A DNA stretch of 52,394 nucleotides. Origin: Chiloscyllium plagiosum. Its lineage: Eukaryota. Positions 40,655 through 52,394 of this stretch are shown piece by piece. A model generated the notes under the pieces. That model saw nothing but the letters and a program-made list of their open reading frames with translations, was not told the origin of the DNA and did no database searches. Every line of letters begins with the position of its first letter. Within the stretch, counting starts at the first letter, position 1. The stretch is from positions 26,298,382 to 26,350,775 of the forward strand of contig NC_057719.1 in assembly GCF_004010195.1 (NCBI RefSeq), written 5' to 3'. The position numbers and the translations under genes were made by a program.

Positions 40655-41587
40655 GTACAGCATGTAAACACCCTTCGGTCCAACTCGTCCATGCCAACCT
40701 GATATCCTAAATTAATCTAGTTCCATTTGCTAAGATTTGGTCCATATCCTGCTAAATTCTTCCTATTCATATACCAATCCAGATACCTTTTAAATGTTGG
40801 AATTGTACCAGCCTCCACCACCTCTGGCAGCTCATTCCATACACACACCTCCCTCTGTTGCCCCTTTTAAAAGTTGCCCATTTTAAATCTTTCTCCTCTC
40901 TCCTTAAACCTATGTCCTCTATTTTTGGAAGTCCCCACTCTGGGGGAAAATACCTTAGCTATTCACCCTATCCAAGCCTGTCATGATTTTATAAACCTGT
41001 ATAAGGCGACCCCTCAGCCTCTAGCATTCCAGGGAAAATAGCCCCAGTCTTTTCAGCCTTTCCCTATAGCTCAATCCCTCCAACCCTGGCAACATCCTTG
41101 TAAATCTTTTCTGAACCTTTTCAAGTTTCAGTCCATCCTTCCTATATCAAGGAGACCAGAATTGCATCCAGTATTTCAACAGTAGCCTAACCGATGTCCT
41201 GTACAGCCACAACATAACCTCCTAATTCAAAGCACTCACCAGGCAAGCATACCAAACGCCTACTTCGCTAACCTGTCTATCTGGGACTCCACTTTCAAGG
41301 AACTATGAACCTGCACTCCAAGGTTTTTGTTCAGCAACACTCCCCAGGACCTTACTATTAAGTGTATATATCATGCCCGATTTGCCTTTTCAAAATGCAG
41401 CACCTCTCATTTGTCTAAATTAAACTTCATCGGCCCATCTGATCAAGGTCCTGTTGTACTCCAAGGTAACCTTCTTCACTGTTCATGACACTTCCGATTT
41501 TGGTCTATCTGCAAATTTACTAACCATACCTCCAGTGTTCACATCCAAATCATTTATGTAAATGACGAAAAGCAGTGGACTCAGCAT
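40655..41587 (-). mobile_element. 5'-truncated CR1 LINE 3' portion
   Basis: PLLFVIYINDLD...KFAD motif; matches 33430-34410. Confidence 0.9.
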
Positions 41588-42242
41588 CTCTGCAAGACTT
41601 TTACCATATGAATGGTGACTCTTATTTGCTGTTGAGTTTTTGCAAGTCAACTTTAATGTTGGAACATATTTATTAGAGCTAGCCAACTGTTTAGTGCTAT
41701 GACTAATCTTGCAAAATACTGGCATATTTCTATTGAAGGTAGTAATCAGAATATTGAGTTATTTTGTATCAAATTGACTGTCCAATATGTGACTAGTTGA
41801 TAATATTTTGAACAAATAAACTGTGTAATTAGTTAGAATATTGACAGCAGTGTCATTCCATCCAATTGAAATACTTGGCTGCCAAGCCAATATGCCAAAT
41901 AGCTAAAGTTCCTAAAAAAAAAATTAATATTTGAGTTCACAATGTAACAAGAAGTATCTGGTATTCATTAAAAATCTTTACGTGAGGAAACCTAGCAGTT
42001 CTTCTATAATTCTTTTTTGCACTGGAACTGATCATAAGACAGATTAACTGTTCTTTCAGCTCATGGATATGTTGCCATCTTGGTGCAGCCATTTCTCACA
42101 TTGATTGTAATTTAATACCTCCTTCAGACAATTCATAAACATATGCACATCCAGGGCTCATGTCATGTGTTTATTTGAACTAAAAAATCATCGATATGCT
42201 TCCATTAAACTGTCAGAGCCGATAAATGGCCAAACTGAATGG

Positions 42243-42430
42243 AGAATGTGAGGACTGCAAATGGTGGAGATCAGGATTGAGACTGTTGTGCTGGAAAAGC
42301 ACAGCAGTCTGGCAGCATCTGAGGAGCAGGAGAATCGACGTTTCAGGCATAAGCCCTTCATCAGGAATCTTCTCCTGCTCCTTGGATGCTGCCTGACCTG
42401 CTGTGCATTTCCAGCACCACACCCTTCACA
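42243..42430. mobile_element. Penelope-derived family A element; near-intact hammerhead on the minus strand at 42333-42368
   Basis: The reverse complement reads AUUC-CUGAUGA-A-GGGC-UUAU-GCCU-GAAAC-GUC-GAUU. Flanks ccaaactgaatgg and ccaaaataaatgg resemble a TSD. Confidence 0.8.
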
Positions 42431-42572
42431 CCAAAATAAATGGGTAGTCATGATACTTACGTAGGAGTTTTAGATATGAGATGTGCATGATATGCAGATA
42501 GGAATGCAGCACCATTTAATCAGGAATTTGGCTTGTATATTTGAGTTTTTTTGTTTTTCTTTCCTCAGTATA

Positions 42573-42709
42573 ATGAGTCTCATTAACATTGTACGTGAAC
42601 ACTGGACAAATATCCTTGTTCCTCTGGGATTTGTATTGGGATGTTATCTTGATAGAAGAAATGATAGCAAACTTACTGCTTTCAGAAACAAAAGTTTATT
42701 GTATAAACG
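42573..42709 (+). CDS. NDUFB1: NDUFB1 (complex I MNLL subunit) coding exon 1: [45 protein letters not shown]
   Basis: ORF 42483..42713 translation matches NDUFB1. Polypyrimidine tract and cAG at 42567-42568, donor CG|GTGAGT. Confidence 0.96.
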
Positions 42710-43849
42710 GTGAGTATGAAATTTATAGTTTGAATCCATATTGTCTTATTTACAGATAGGCTCTTACTTATTTTAAGACAAACCTCTGTTAATCTTGATA
42801 AATATTATTAAGTTGGTAATTTAAAATTTTAACAAAAATTTTAAAAATGTATTCTTGTTTATTCTAAGGTAGGACATTTTCCGGTGTCCATGATTTGCCA
42901 ACAATGTCAATGTTTATTGACTTATAAAATTATCCTTCTAATGTCTCTTGAGGGCAAAAAAGATGGGAAGAGATTGTTTAGACATAAGTTAGATTATTAA
43001 TTCTGCATCCTAAACATAGAGGGATCCAAGATTTTGGGGAGGGTTCAGAGAAAATTTGCTACTGCTCCATCATTTAATGCTCTCCTACATGATCCACCAC
43101 TTCAATGACTTTTGTCCACACCATCCCATAACCTTTTATGCCATTGATAATCAAAGTTTATCAAACTTTACCTTAAATATACTCATTTTTGCAGTGCTCT
43201 GGGGAAGAGAATTCCAAAGATTCGCCATCTGACGTTTTCAAAAAAACTCCTTATCCCTGACATCTCCCCCCAGTCCTGTTTGCTTTTGTCCCTCCCTTTG
43301 CTCCTTTCTTAAACAGTGGGGTCACATTTGCAAGCTTCTAATCTACAGGAATCATTCCAGAATCTGGAATTTTGGAAGGTTACCAATGAATTTACTATCT
43401 GTACAGCCACTTCCAGAGATTTCGATAATAGAGCTATGGCTTTTTTCTTTCTATGAATATAAGCTGAAACTCTCTTCCATGCCATTGTTGCCTTTAGACT
43501 TTATTGTTCCAGCATACACATGGCCAGTCTCTCATTTCACACTCTCTATAAACTTGAGCTCATTCAAAACTTCAGTGCCAATGTCTTAACTTCCATCAAA
43601 TCCTATTTGTCATAAGACTACAGGAAATAAGAGCAAAAGAAAGCCATTCGGTCCATCGAGTCTATTCTGCCATTCAACTTGATTACAGAAAATCTGATAA
43701 TCCTTAATTCCACTTTCCTGCCTTTTCCCCATAACTCTTGATTCCCTTACTGATTAAAAATCTGTCTCTCTCAGCCTTGAATACACGAAATAACCCAGTC
43801 TCTACAGCCCTGTGTTGGAAAGAAAGCCACAGATTCACCCAAATTAAAA

Positions 43850-44032
43850 ATAAAATACTGCAGATGCTGAAAACCTGAAACAAGTACGAAAATGCTGGAG
43901 AACTTCAGCAGGTCTGGGAGCAGTTCTCAGAGTTCTGAAGAAGTCAAATTGGGCACAAAATTTTAACTCTGTTTCTCTCTGTTCAGATGCTGTCAGATCT
44001 GCTGAGTTTCGCCTGCATTTTCTGTTTGTTTC
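43850..44032. mobile_element. Older palindromic Penelope-like element (possible fourth family; relatives at ~35010-35175, ~15170-15370 and ~2370-2465), nested in a minus-strand CR1 3' end (~43610-44172)
   Basis: Inverted arms gaaaatgctggagaacttcagcaggtctg / cagatctgctgagtttcgcctgcattttc and a remnant GTT-CTGAAGA...AAC core. Confidence 0.55.
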
Positions 44033-44176
44033 ATAGATTCACCCACTACCATCTGAGAGAAGAAATTCCTCCTCATCTATCTTAAATGAGCAACCCCTTA
44101 TTTTGAGATTATCCCCTCTGGTCCTAGATTCTCCCACAGGGAGAAACAACCTTTCTGTATCTACCCTGTCAAGTTA

Positions 44177-45045
44177 TAGAGTCATAGAGATGTACAGCAT
44201 GGAAACAGACCCTTCGGTCCAACCCGTCCACGCCAACCAGATATCCCAACCCAATCTAGTCCCACCTGGCCCTATCCCTCCAAACCTTTCCTATTCATAT
44301 ACCCATCCAAATGCCTCTTAAATGTTGCAATTGTACCAGCATCCACCACTTCCTCTGGCAGCTCATTCCATACCCATACCACCCTCAGTGTGAAAAAGTT
44401 GCCCCTTAGGTCTCTTTTATATCTTTCCCCTCTCATCTATGCCCTCTAGTTTAGAACTCCCTGACCCCAGGGAAAAGATTTTGCCTATTTACCCTATCCA
44501 TGCCCCTCATAATTTTGTAAACCTCTATAAGGTCACCCCTCAGCCTCCGACACTGCAGGGAAAACAGCCCCAGCCTGTTCAGCCCCTACCTGTAGCTCAA
44601 ATCCTCCAACCCTGGCAACATCCTTGTAAATCTTTTCTGAACCCTTTCAAGCTTCACATCTTTCCGATAGGAAGGAGACCAGAATTGCATGCAATATTCC
44701 TACAGCGGCCCAACCAATGTCCTGTACAGCCGCAACATGACCTCCCAACTCCTGTACTCAATACTCTGATCAATAAAAGAAACCATACCAAACACCATCT
44801 TCACTATCCTACCTACCTGCGACTCCACTTTCAAGGAGCTATGAACCTGCACTCCAAGGTCTCTTTGTTCAGCAACACGCCATAGGACCTTAGCATTAAG
44901 ATTTACTGCTAAGATTTGCTTTCCCAAAATGCAGCACCTCGCATTTATCTGAATTAAACTCCATCTGCCACTTCTCAGCCCATTGGCCCATCTGGTCAAG
45001 ATCCTGTTGTAATCTGAGGTAAACCTCTTTGCTGTCCACCACATC
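44177..45045 (-). mobile_element. 5'-truncated CR1 LINE 3' portion
   Basis: ORF 44700..45044 (QRDLGVQVH, YRTLV); ctctatgactcta tail. Confidence 0.9.
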
Positions 45046-45049
45046 TCTA

Positions 45050-45490
45050 ATTTTGTCTTAGAGTCTTGTATGTTGTGATAAATTGCAATGAGTTCAGGCC
45101 CAGCTTGCTCAACCTGTCACAAGACAGTCCCTCCATACCTGGGATCAGCCTAGTAAAGTCAGTTTGGACTGCCTCCAATGCCACTATATTGTTCCGTAGA
45201 TAATGGGCCCAGAACTGTTCATAGTAACCCAGCTGTGGTCTAATTGGTGCCTTGTATAGGCAGTATACAAGTGTAAGACCTCCCTGTTCTACTCTTAATT
45301 CCCTTTGGAATGAAGGCAAACACTGAATTTGCCTTCCCTCTTACCTGCTGAACTTCGCTAACTTTTTGTGACTTAAATATAAGGATGTCCAAATCCTTCT
45401 TGTAGCTTTCTTCAGTCTTTCACCATCTAAATTATGTTTAGCTACTCTATTCTTCCTGTCAAAGTGCATAACCTAATGTTTTGCCATGTT
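45050..45490 (-). mobile_element. Older CR1-type fragment, continuation of 43610-44172
   Basis: ORF 45047..45319 (IRPQLGYYEQFW, FTRLIPGM). Confidence 0.7.
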
Positions 45491-46624
45491 ATATTCTCAT
45501 TGTATTAAGGAGCCTAATGTGTGGTTCCTTATCAAACACCTTTTGGAAATTCAAAAGCATTCTGAAATAATTCTATTTTTGGACCTATTACTTCCCCCAA
45601 TAAGTAACTTCTCAATATTAAAATTCTCATCTCTTATCTCCACGATATGCGTTCTTCTAAGTATGGCTTCTTTAGCATTCCTGATTTTAATTGCCCCATC
45701 ATTGATGATTGTGTCTACAGCAGTTGAGGCTTCAAACTCTGAAATTCCATCTAGAAACCTCACTGCCTCCCCACATCTCTATTATGCATCAATATTTTTG
45801 AAAGCTACCTGTTTATATTGTATTTGATAATACTCTGTAACACACTTTGAGATGTTCTATTATGTTCGAGGTGGTGAGTAATTGTAAATTCTTGCTTAAT
45901 TCTTATGCTCCCATTTCAGTCATGAACTCAACCACCATTATTTGAATAGTTCACTAAACTTCAATATTTATAATATTTTGTTCATCCCAAATCTTTGAAA
46001 CTGGATGTAGCTATTTTGGTATTTTGATGCTCTGTTAGAAAGGATCTTGGATTACTACTTACACTTCTGGAAGATGAATGTCCAACATTTGTGCCTTTCT
46101 TACATAAACAATTTTTATTGGGAAATTGCAATCTGCCATTGTCTAAGGTGACAATACCAATGTGAAATATGTGATTAGGTATGTATTTTCCAGTAACATG
46201 TTTGTTTCGAGACGCCAGTTTGCCTCTCAAAGTAAACTTCTATTTATTTATTTTGATTCATCAAAATTAATGCTTGCTCTGTTTCCTGTTCCTAGTTTTC
46301 TTTATTTCTTCTGCAGCTTCCCATTTTCCTAAATGCTTTTCTTTCTGTTTATTTACTTCAGCAACTTTCCAGTTCTAAATTGATTGCCCTCCTTCCGAGC
46401 TTAAGTAATTCTAGCACCACAGAGGATATATGTAACAATGACCAATTGTAAATAGTTCTTGATGGTAACCTTGAGAATGTGGCCTTTCACACAAGCAGTG
46501 TCCAAGGATGAATAGTCGTGTGTACAAATTCAAAAGGATCTTTATCAGCTGAATCATTGGCGCTGTGGCAGATGTAATTTAACACAGGGAAATGTAAGAT
46601 TTTAATTTTGACAGTTCTGGTCAC

Positions 46625-48535
46625 AGTCATAGAGATGTACAGCACTGAAACAAACCCTTCAGTCCAACTCATGCTGACCAGATATCCGAAATTAATCTAG
46701 TCCCATTTCCCAGCACTTGGCCCATATCCTTCCAAACAGTTCCTGTTCATACATACAACATTTAAAAGGCAACTGGATGTAATTGTACCAGCCTCCACCA
46801 CTTCTTCCGGCAGTTCATTCAATACACGCACCACCCTCTGCATGAAAAAGTGCACCTTAGGTCCCTTTTAAATCTTTCCCCTCTCACCCTAAACCTATGC
46901 CCTCTAGTTTTGAACTCCTCTAGACCTTGTCTACTTATCCTATCCATGCCCCTCATGATCTTATCAACCTCCAAAAGTTTATCCCTCAGCCTCTGATGCT
47001 CCAGGGAAAGCAGCCCGAGCCTATTCAGCCTCTCCCTATAGCTCAAACCCTCCAACCCTGATAACATCCTCGTAAATCTTTTCTGAACCCTTTCAGGTTT
47101 CACAACACCCTTCCTATAGCAGGGAGACCCAAAGTGGCCTAACCAATGTCCTGTACAGCTGTAAGATGACCTCCCAATTTCCATTCTGTGACCAATAAAG
47201 GAAAGCATACCAAACAGCTTCTTCACTATGCTATCTACTTGCGACTCCACTTTCAATGAAATATGAACCTGCACTCCAAGGTCTCTTTGTTCAGCAACAC
47301 TGTTAAGTATACAAGTCTGGCGCTGATTTACCTTTCTAAAGTGCTGCACCTCCCATTTATCTAAATTAAACTTCATCTGCCGCTCCTCGGCCCATTGGCT
47401 CATCTGATCAAGATCCTGTTGTACTCCGAGGTAACCTTCTTTGCTGTCCACTACGCCTTCAGTTTTGGTCTCATCCACAAACTTACTAACTGTACCTCCT
47501 ATATTCACATCCAAATCATTTATGTCAAAAAGCAGTCGACCCAGAACCGATCATTGTGGCACACCACTGGCCACAGGCCTCCAGTCTGAAAAGCAACACT
47601 CCACAACCACCCTCTGTCATCTTAGAGCCAGTTCTGTATCCAAATAGTTAGTATTCCATGTGATCTAACCTTGCTAACCAGTCTACCATGGGGAAACTAG
47701 TCAAATGCCTTACAGAGGTCCATTTAGATCACACCCACCACTCTGTCCTCGCCAATCCTCCTTGTTACTTCTTCAAAACACTCAAGCAAGTTCATATGAT
47801 TTCCTTTGCACGTTGACTATCCTAATCAATTCTTATCTATCTAAATACATGTAAAGCCTGTCCCTCAGGATTTCCTTCAACAACTTGCCCACCACTGATG
47901 TCAGTCTCGTCAGTCTCATCAGTCTATAGTTCTCTGACTTTTTCTTATCACCTTTCTTTAATAGTGGCACCTTGTTAGCCAACGTCCAGTCTTCAAGCAC
48001 CTCATCTGTGAGTATTGATGATCCAGATATCTCAGCAAGCAGTAAACTCCCTAGCTTCTCACAGTTTTAGGGTACATCTGATCAGGTCCTGGGGATTTAT
48101 CCCCCTTTGTGTTTCAAGACATCCAGCACCGTCTCCTCTGTAACATGGACATTTTTCAAGATGTCACTAGCTACTTGCCCACATTCTATATCTTCCATGT
48201 CCTTCTCCACAATAAACACTGATGTAAAATACTTGTTTAGTATCTTCCCCCATGTCCTCCGGTCCCACAGATAGGTTGCCTTGCTGATCTTTGAAAGGTT
48301 CTATTCTCTCTCTAGTTACCTTTCTTGTCTTTAATGTATTTATAAAATCCCTTTGGACTCTCATTAACCCTATTTGCCAAAGGTAATTAATGTCCCATTT
48401 TTGCCCTCCTGATTTCCATCTTGTGTATACTTCTACTGCCTTTATACTCTTAAGGATTCAGTCGATCTCCGTTGTCTATACCTGACATGCGCTTCCTTTT
48501 TTTTTTCTTAACCAAAACCTCAACATCCTATGGAT
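46625..48535 (-). mobile_element. 5'-truncated CR1 LINE (RT plus 3'UTR)
   Basis: 231 aa ORF 46819..47514 with RT C-terminal motifs; matches the other copies. Confidence 0.92.
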
Positions 48536-48706
48536 ACTAAATGGGATGTTGTTGAGGCCTTGAAACAGGAAAGAAATCTTGGGGTTTTAGTGATGATGTC
48601 AATAAAACGAAATGTATCCAGGTTACATAAAACAAAGCAAATAAGATGTTGGATGGCAAAGATAGGATCATAATGTATAAATGCAGAGACGCTATTTTAA
48701 AACAGT

Positions 48707-48968
48707 CATGATTTGGAGATGCCGGTGTTGGACTGGGGTGTACAAAGTTAAAAATCACACACCAGGTTAACAGATGAAAGGCTTAACAGACAATCAATTT
48801 TTCAATGTATAATTTCAGTTACATCACACTATAAATTTTTGCTATAAATTCTGTGTGTTAGGATTGAGCTCTCCACTACCACCTGATGAAGGAGCGTCGC
48901 TCCGAAAGCTAGTATGCTTTCAATTAAATCTGTTGGACTATAACCTGTTGTTGTGTGATTTTTAACTT
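48707..48968 (+). mobile_element. Penelope-derived family B element
   Basis: Perfect 14 bp TSD tattttaaaacagt (48693-48706 and 48969-48982); inverted termini aaagttaaaaatcacac / gtgtgatttttaacttt. Confidence 0.85.
48881..48913 (+). ncRNA. Minimal hammerhead ribozyme motif with intact core; predicted cleavage after CUA at 48911
   Basis: AC-CUGAUGA-A-GGAGC-GUC-GCUCC-GAAAG-CUA-GU: palindromic stem III (AGCU), perfect 5 bp stem II, but only a 2 bp stem I. Confidence 0.7.
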
Positions 48969-49499
48969 TATTTTAAAACAGTATTCAATCATGTCTACAT
49001 TACTGTATTCCAGCGCAATCATTTCAGGTTTTTCATACAGTTCTTCATCGTGCTGCTTCTGTGATTTTCTTATTTCTTTGGCGTTTGGAGATACGACCAT
49101 GAGCTATGGATTTGATTTCAGGGGTGCACATATGCTTATTTGGAAATGGGGAATCACACTTTTGTCTCTTTACCATATTAGTCTCTCTCTTTCAAACTAA
49201 TCAGTATTGGAGGGAGTACAGGGGTTTTTCCTACAATTTAAGAGAATGAGGAAAGTATAAATGTTAAAAGCATTTTGAAGATAATCTCAATATTTATAAA
49301 CTGTATGATGATAATGCATGTGGAAATATTGTAAATAAATTGCCAGTCTGCAGCTGCAACGTTTTCTGGAATCAGAATATTTGACTCAAAAGCTATGAAT
49401 GAATTACTGCTTTAATTGAATAGTGAAGAAAGATTGTGATAAAATTTAATATCTAGTTAGGCACTACTGTAGTTGATTAGTTATAGATATTTTTAATCA

Positions 49500-49710
49500 A
49501 CCTGTTCAGATGTGTTATGACAATATTATGGAGCATGTGGGACTTGAATCTAGGCCTCCTGGCTCAAGAGAAGGGACACTACCAGAGTACCACAATCAAC
49601 ATGTTCAGATATGTTGTGACACACCTCTGAAGCTGTTGGGACTTGAACCTGGGACTTGAACCCAGGCCTTCAGGCTCAAAGATAGGGACATTATTACTTC
49701 ACCACAAGAA
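49500..49710 (-). mobile_element. Two tandem tRNA-derived SINE heads; a related copy lies on + at ~33030-33125
   Basis: tgttcagat...gggacttgaa...ggctcaa...agggaca...accacaa is repeated twice; the reverse complement has a B box GGTTCAAGTCC. Confidence 0.6.
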
Positions 49711-49762
49711 TCCTAATTGAAGTGTTGTACATTTTAATTAATCACACTATCATTCCTTTTAG

Positions 49763-49799
49763 GGAACTGAAACCAGGTGAAGAAACAACGTGGAAGTGA
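49763..49799 (+). CDS. NDUFB1: NDUFB1 last coding exon: (R)ELKPGEETTWK*; 57 aa in total
   Basis: ttccttttAG acceptor at 49761-49762; phase matches the previous exon; typical ...EEXTWK* C-terminus; TGA at 49797-49799. Confidence 0.95.
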
Positions 49800-50108
49800 A
49801 GAGCTAAAAGCTATACTGAGAAACAAGCAACTGTTGCATAAAGAAAATCAGCTCAAATGCCGTTTTACAAGTCTTGAATCTTCAATTAGGGATCCAGTGA
49901 CAGTTCATTTCAATAATGCTGCTTTGTTCTATGACATTTTCACCAATCTCCATCTTCTTATCTTTGTGTAACAGAAAATTGGTTTAAATCCTAAAATTTG
50001 TCCAAGATTGTCCCCTTTGTATCACTGATGTAAAGTTTAAAAATGAACAGCAAATACTTCATTATTTGTTTCATTAGCCTGAATACATGTAAATGATGTG
50101 GCAGACCT

Positions 50109-50114
50109 AATAAA
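50109..50114 (+). terminator. Likely NDUFB1 polyadenylation signal AATAAA
   Basis: First canonical AATAAA seen, ~310 nt after the stop, with TGTA motifs upstream and a T-rich tract downstream. Confidence 0.6.
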
Positions 50115-50857
50115 ACTTACTGTATTTATTTTCACTTGAACCTTTTCTTTCAATATTTACAATTTTAAAGTTGTAAAATGTTAAGTGAGTAACATTTTGA
50201 ACTCTTGATAATCCTACTGAACCTGATTGATGTTGTAAATCCTGGTGTGGAACTGTAGTATTTCAGTAGCTTAATTGCTTAACAAGATTGTTGGCAAGTA
50301 TTCGAACAACTTAATTTGAAATGACAATAGAAGATGCTGGAAATACTCAGCAGATGGTGAATATAATGGCACACTATCTATCTATGCATCCAAATTGAAT
50401 GCACCGTGGTATCATGTTCATGCATCTGCTAATTTCCCATCTTCCTTTTCATCCTCTCCCTTCATAAGTAAATTTGAGATATAATGCTGAAAATCATGAC
50501 AGTCTGAGGTACCCATCACTGTGAAGAAGGCCAGTATTCAACAGGGGTCATATTCTGTTTGTGTGGACTGAACGTTGACGTTATATAATTTATAGAAAAC
50601 TGGTGGCTTGCCTTTTTATAGCTTCTCTTTTCCATTTTGTTTTTGTTTCTCATTCATTTCAGAGATTATTTCATGGTTTGCCTATTAATTCTCCACAAAC
50701 CCCACTCTGAAAATCATTGTCTTAAATTTGAAAGTTCCACAAACAGCAAAGTGATAATTACAGATTTTAGTTTTATTGATGTAGGTTATGTGATAAACAT
50801 AGCCAGGATAATGAAGAAACATCCCTGCCTTTCACACAAATAAGGAAGAAATCTGGA

Positions 50858-51820
50858 GTCATAGGAAATGTACAACATGGAAACAGACCGTTCGGTCCAA
50901 CTCGTTCAAGCTGACCAGATATCCTAACCTAATGCAGTCCCATTTGCCAGCACTTAGCCCATATTCCTATAAACCTTTCCTATTCATATACCCATCCAGA
51001 TACCTTTTAAATGCTTTATTATACCAGCCTCGCCAACACTTCCTCTGGCAGCTCGTTCCATACATGCAGTACCCTCTGTGTGAAAAACTTGCCTCTTAAG
51101 TCCTTTTTATATCATTTCCCCTCCCACCCTAAATCTATGCCCTCTAGTTCCGGATTTCCCCACCTCAGGAAAAAGACCTTGTCTACTTATCCATGCCCCT
51201 CATGATTTTATACACCTCTAAGATTACCCCTCAACCTCTGATGCTCCAGAGAAAACGGCTCCAACCTATTCAGCCTCTCCCTATAGCTGAAATCCTCTAA
51301 CCCTGGCAACATCCTTGTAAATCATTTCTGAACCTTTTCAAGTATCACAACATCTTTTCAATAGGAAGACTAGAATTGTATGCAGTATTCCAAAGGTTTC
51401 CTAACCAATGGCCTATACAGCCGCAATGTGACCTCCCAATTCCTATACTCAATGCTCTGACCAATAAAGAAAAGCATACCAAAATGCCTCCTTCACTATC
51501 CAATCTACCTACAACTCTACTTTCAAGGAACTATGAACCTGCACTCCAAGGTCTCTTTGTTCAGCAACACTCCCCAGGACCTTACCAGTAAGTGTATAAG
51601 TTTTGTTCTGATTTGCTTTTCCAAATACAGCACCTCACATTTATCTAAATTAAACTTCATCTGCCACTCCTCAGCCCACTGGCCCATCTGATCAAGATCC
51701 CATTGTAATCTGAGGTAACCTTCACTGTCCGCTACACCTCAAATTTTGGTGCCATCTGCAAACTTACTAACTATTCCCCCTATGTTCACATAGAAATCAA
51801 TTATATAAATGACGAAAAGT
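50858..51820 (-). mobile_element. 5'-truncated CR1 LINE 3' portion
   Basis: Colinear with 33430-34400 and 44177-45045. Confidence 0.9.
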
Positions 51821-52159
51821 ATCAACCACTCAACTGCTTGATCCTGCTTTTCAAACTATTCTAACCAAGTTTAACATTTTATTCATGCAGCACTAGAGTG
51901 TCATCTAGATTTTACATTCGGGTAATTGGAATCGGACATGAAATCACAACCTTCTAACTCAGGCAAAGTACTACAAATGAATCATGACATATCTAAAAAT
52001 GTATATTGTTTTTCTTAAAAAATTTTTTTGTTGTCAATTTCCAAATGCCTGGACACTAGCTAGGCTTCAGCTGACAGGTGGCAAGTAATATTCATGCCAC
52101 ACAAGTACCAGACAATGACCATCTACAACGAGAGACCCTAACCATTGACCCTTGGCATT

Positions 52160-52394
52160 TACATAGAACATAGAAGAATACAGCGCAGTACAGGCCCTTC
52201 GGCCCTCGATGTTGCGCCGATCCAAGCCCACCTAACCTACACTAGCCCACTATCCTCCATATGCCTATCCAATGCCCGCTTAAATGCTCATAATGAAGGA
52301 GAGTCCACCACTGCTACTGGCAGGGCATTCCATGAACTCACGACCCGCAGAGTAAAGAACCTACCCCTAACATCTCTCCTATACCTACCCCCCC
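52160..52394 (-). mobile_element. Young CR1 LINE 3' end, running off the window
   Basis: (acatagaa)n tail, ggcccttcggcc hairpin, CpGs retained. Confidence 0.8.

Noticed and set aside
42483..42572. N-terminal extension of NDUFB1 implied by the 76 aa ORF
   Set aside because: The extension runs through the polypyrimidine tract and acceptor at 42567-42568, so it is intronic.

Overview
AT-rich, repeat-dense vertebrate genomic DNA. The repeat complement (HE1-type V-SINE, CR1 LINEs, Penelope-derived fold-backs) points to a cartilaginous fish, probably a shark. Two genes lie head-to-head around a GC/CpG-rich bidirectional promoter at ~35.9-36.4 kb. CPSF2 (CPSF100) is on the minus strand: 13 coding exons from the ATG at 31678 down to 1577 splice GT-AG into 755 uninterrupted codons, and the last coding exon lies beyond the left edge of the window. 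NDUFB1 is on the plus strand: coding exons 42573-42709 and 49763-49799 give 57 aa. The introns hold many CR1/L2 fragments, one decayed near-full-length RTE, SINEs and a probable solo LTR. The most notable signal not explained by the genes is a population of at least three families of short fold-back Penelope-like insertions. Most have 10-16 bp target-site duplications and carry minimal hammerhead ribozyme motifs (CUGANGA...GAAA-NUH with a loopless palindromic stem III). One motif is fully intact (28722-28761), one has an intact core in sense within a NDUFB1 intron (48881-48913), and two families are reciprocally nested, once exactly at the other family's hammerhead core. All calls were made by eye. 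Exon boundaries were read from splice dinucleotides; repeat boundaries are approximate.
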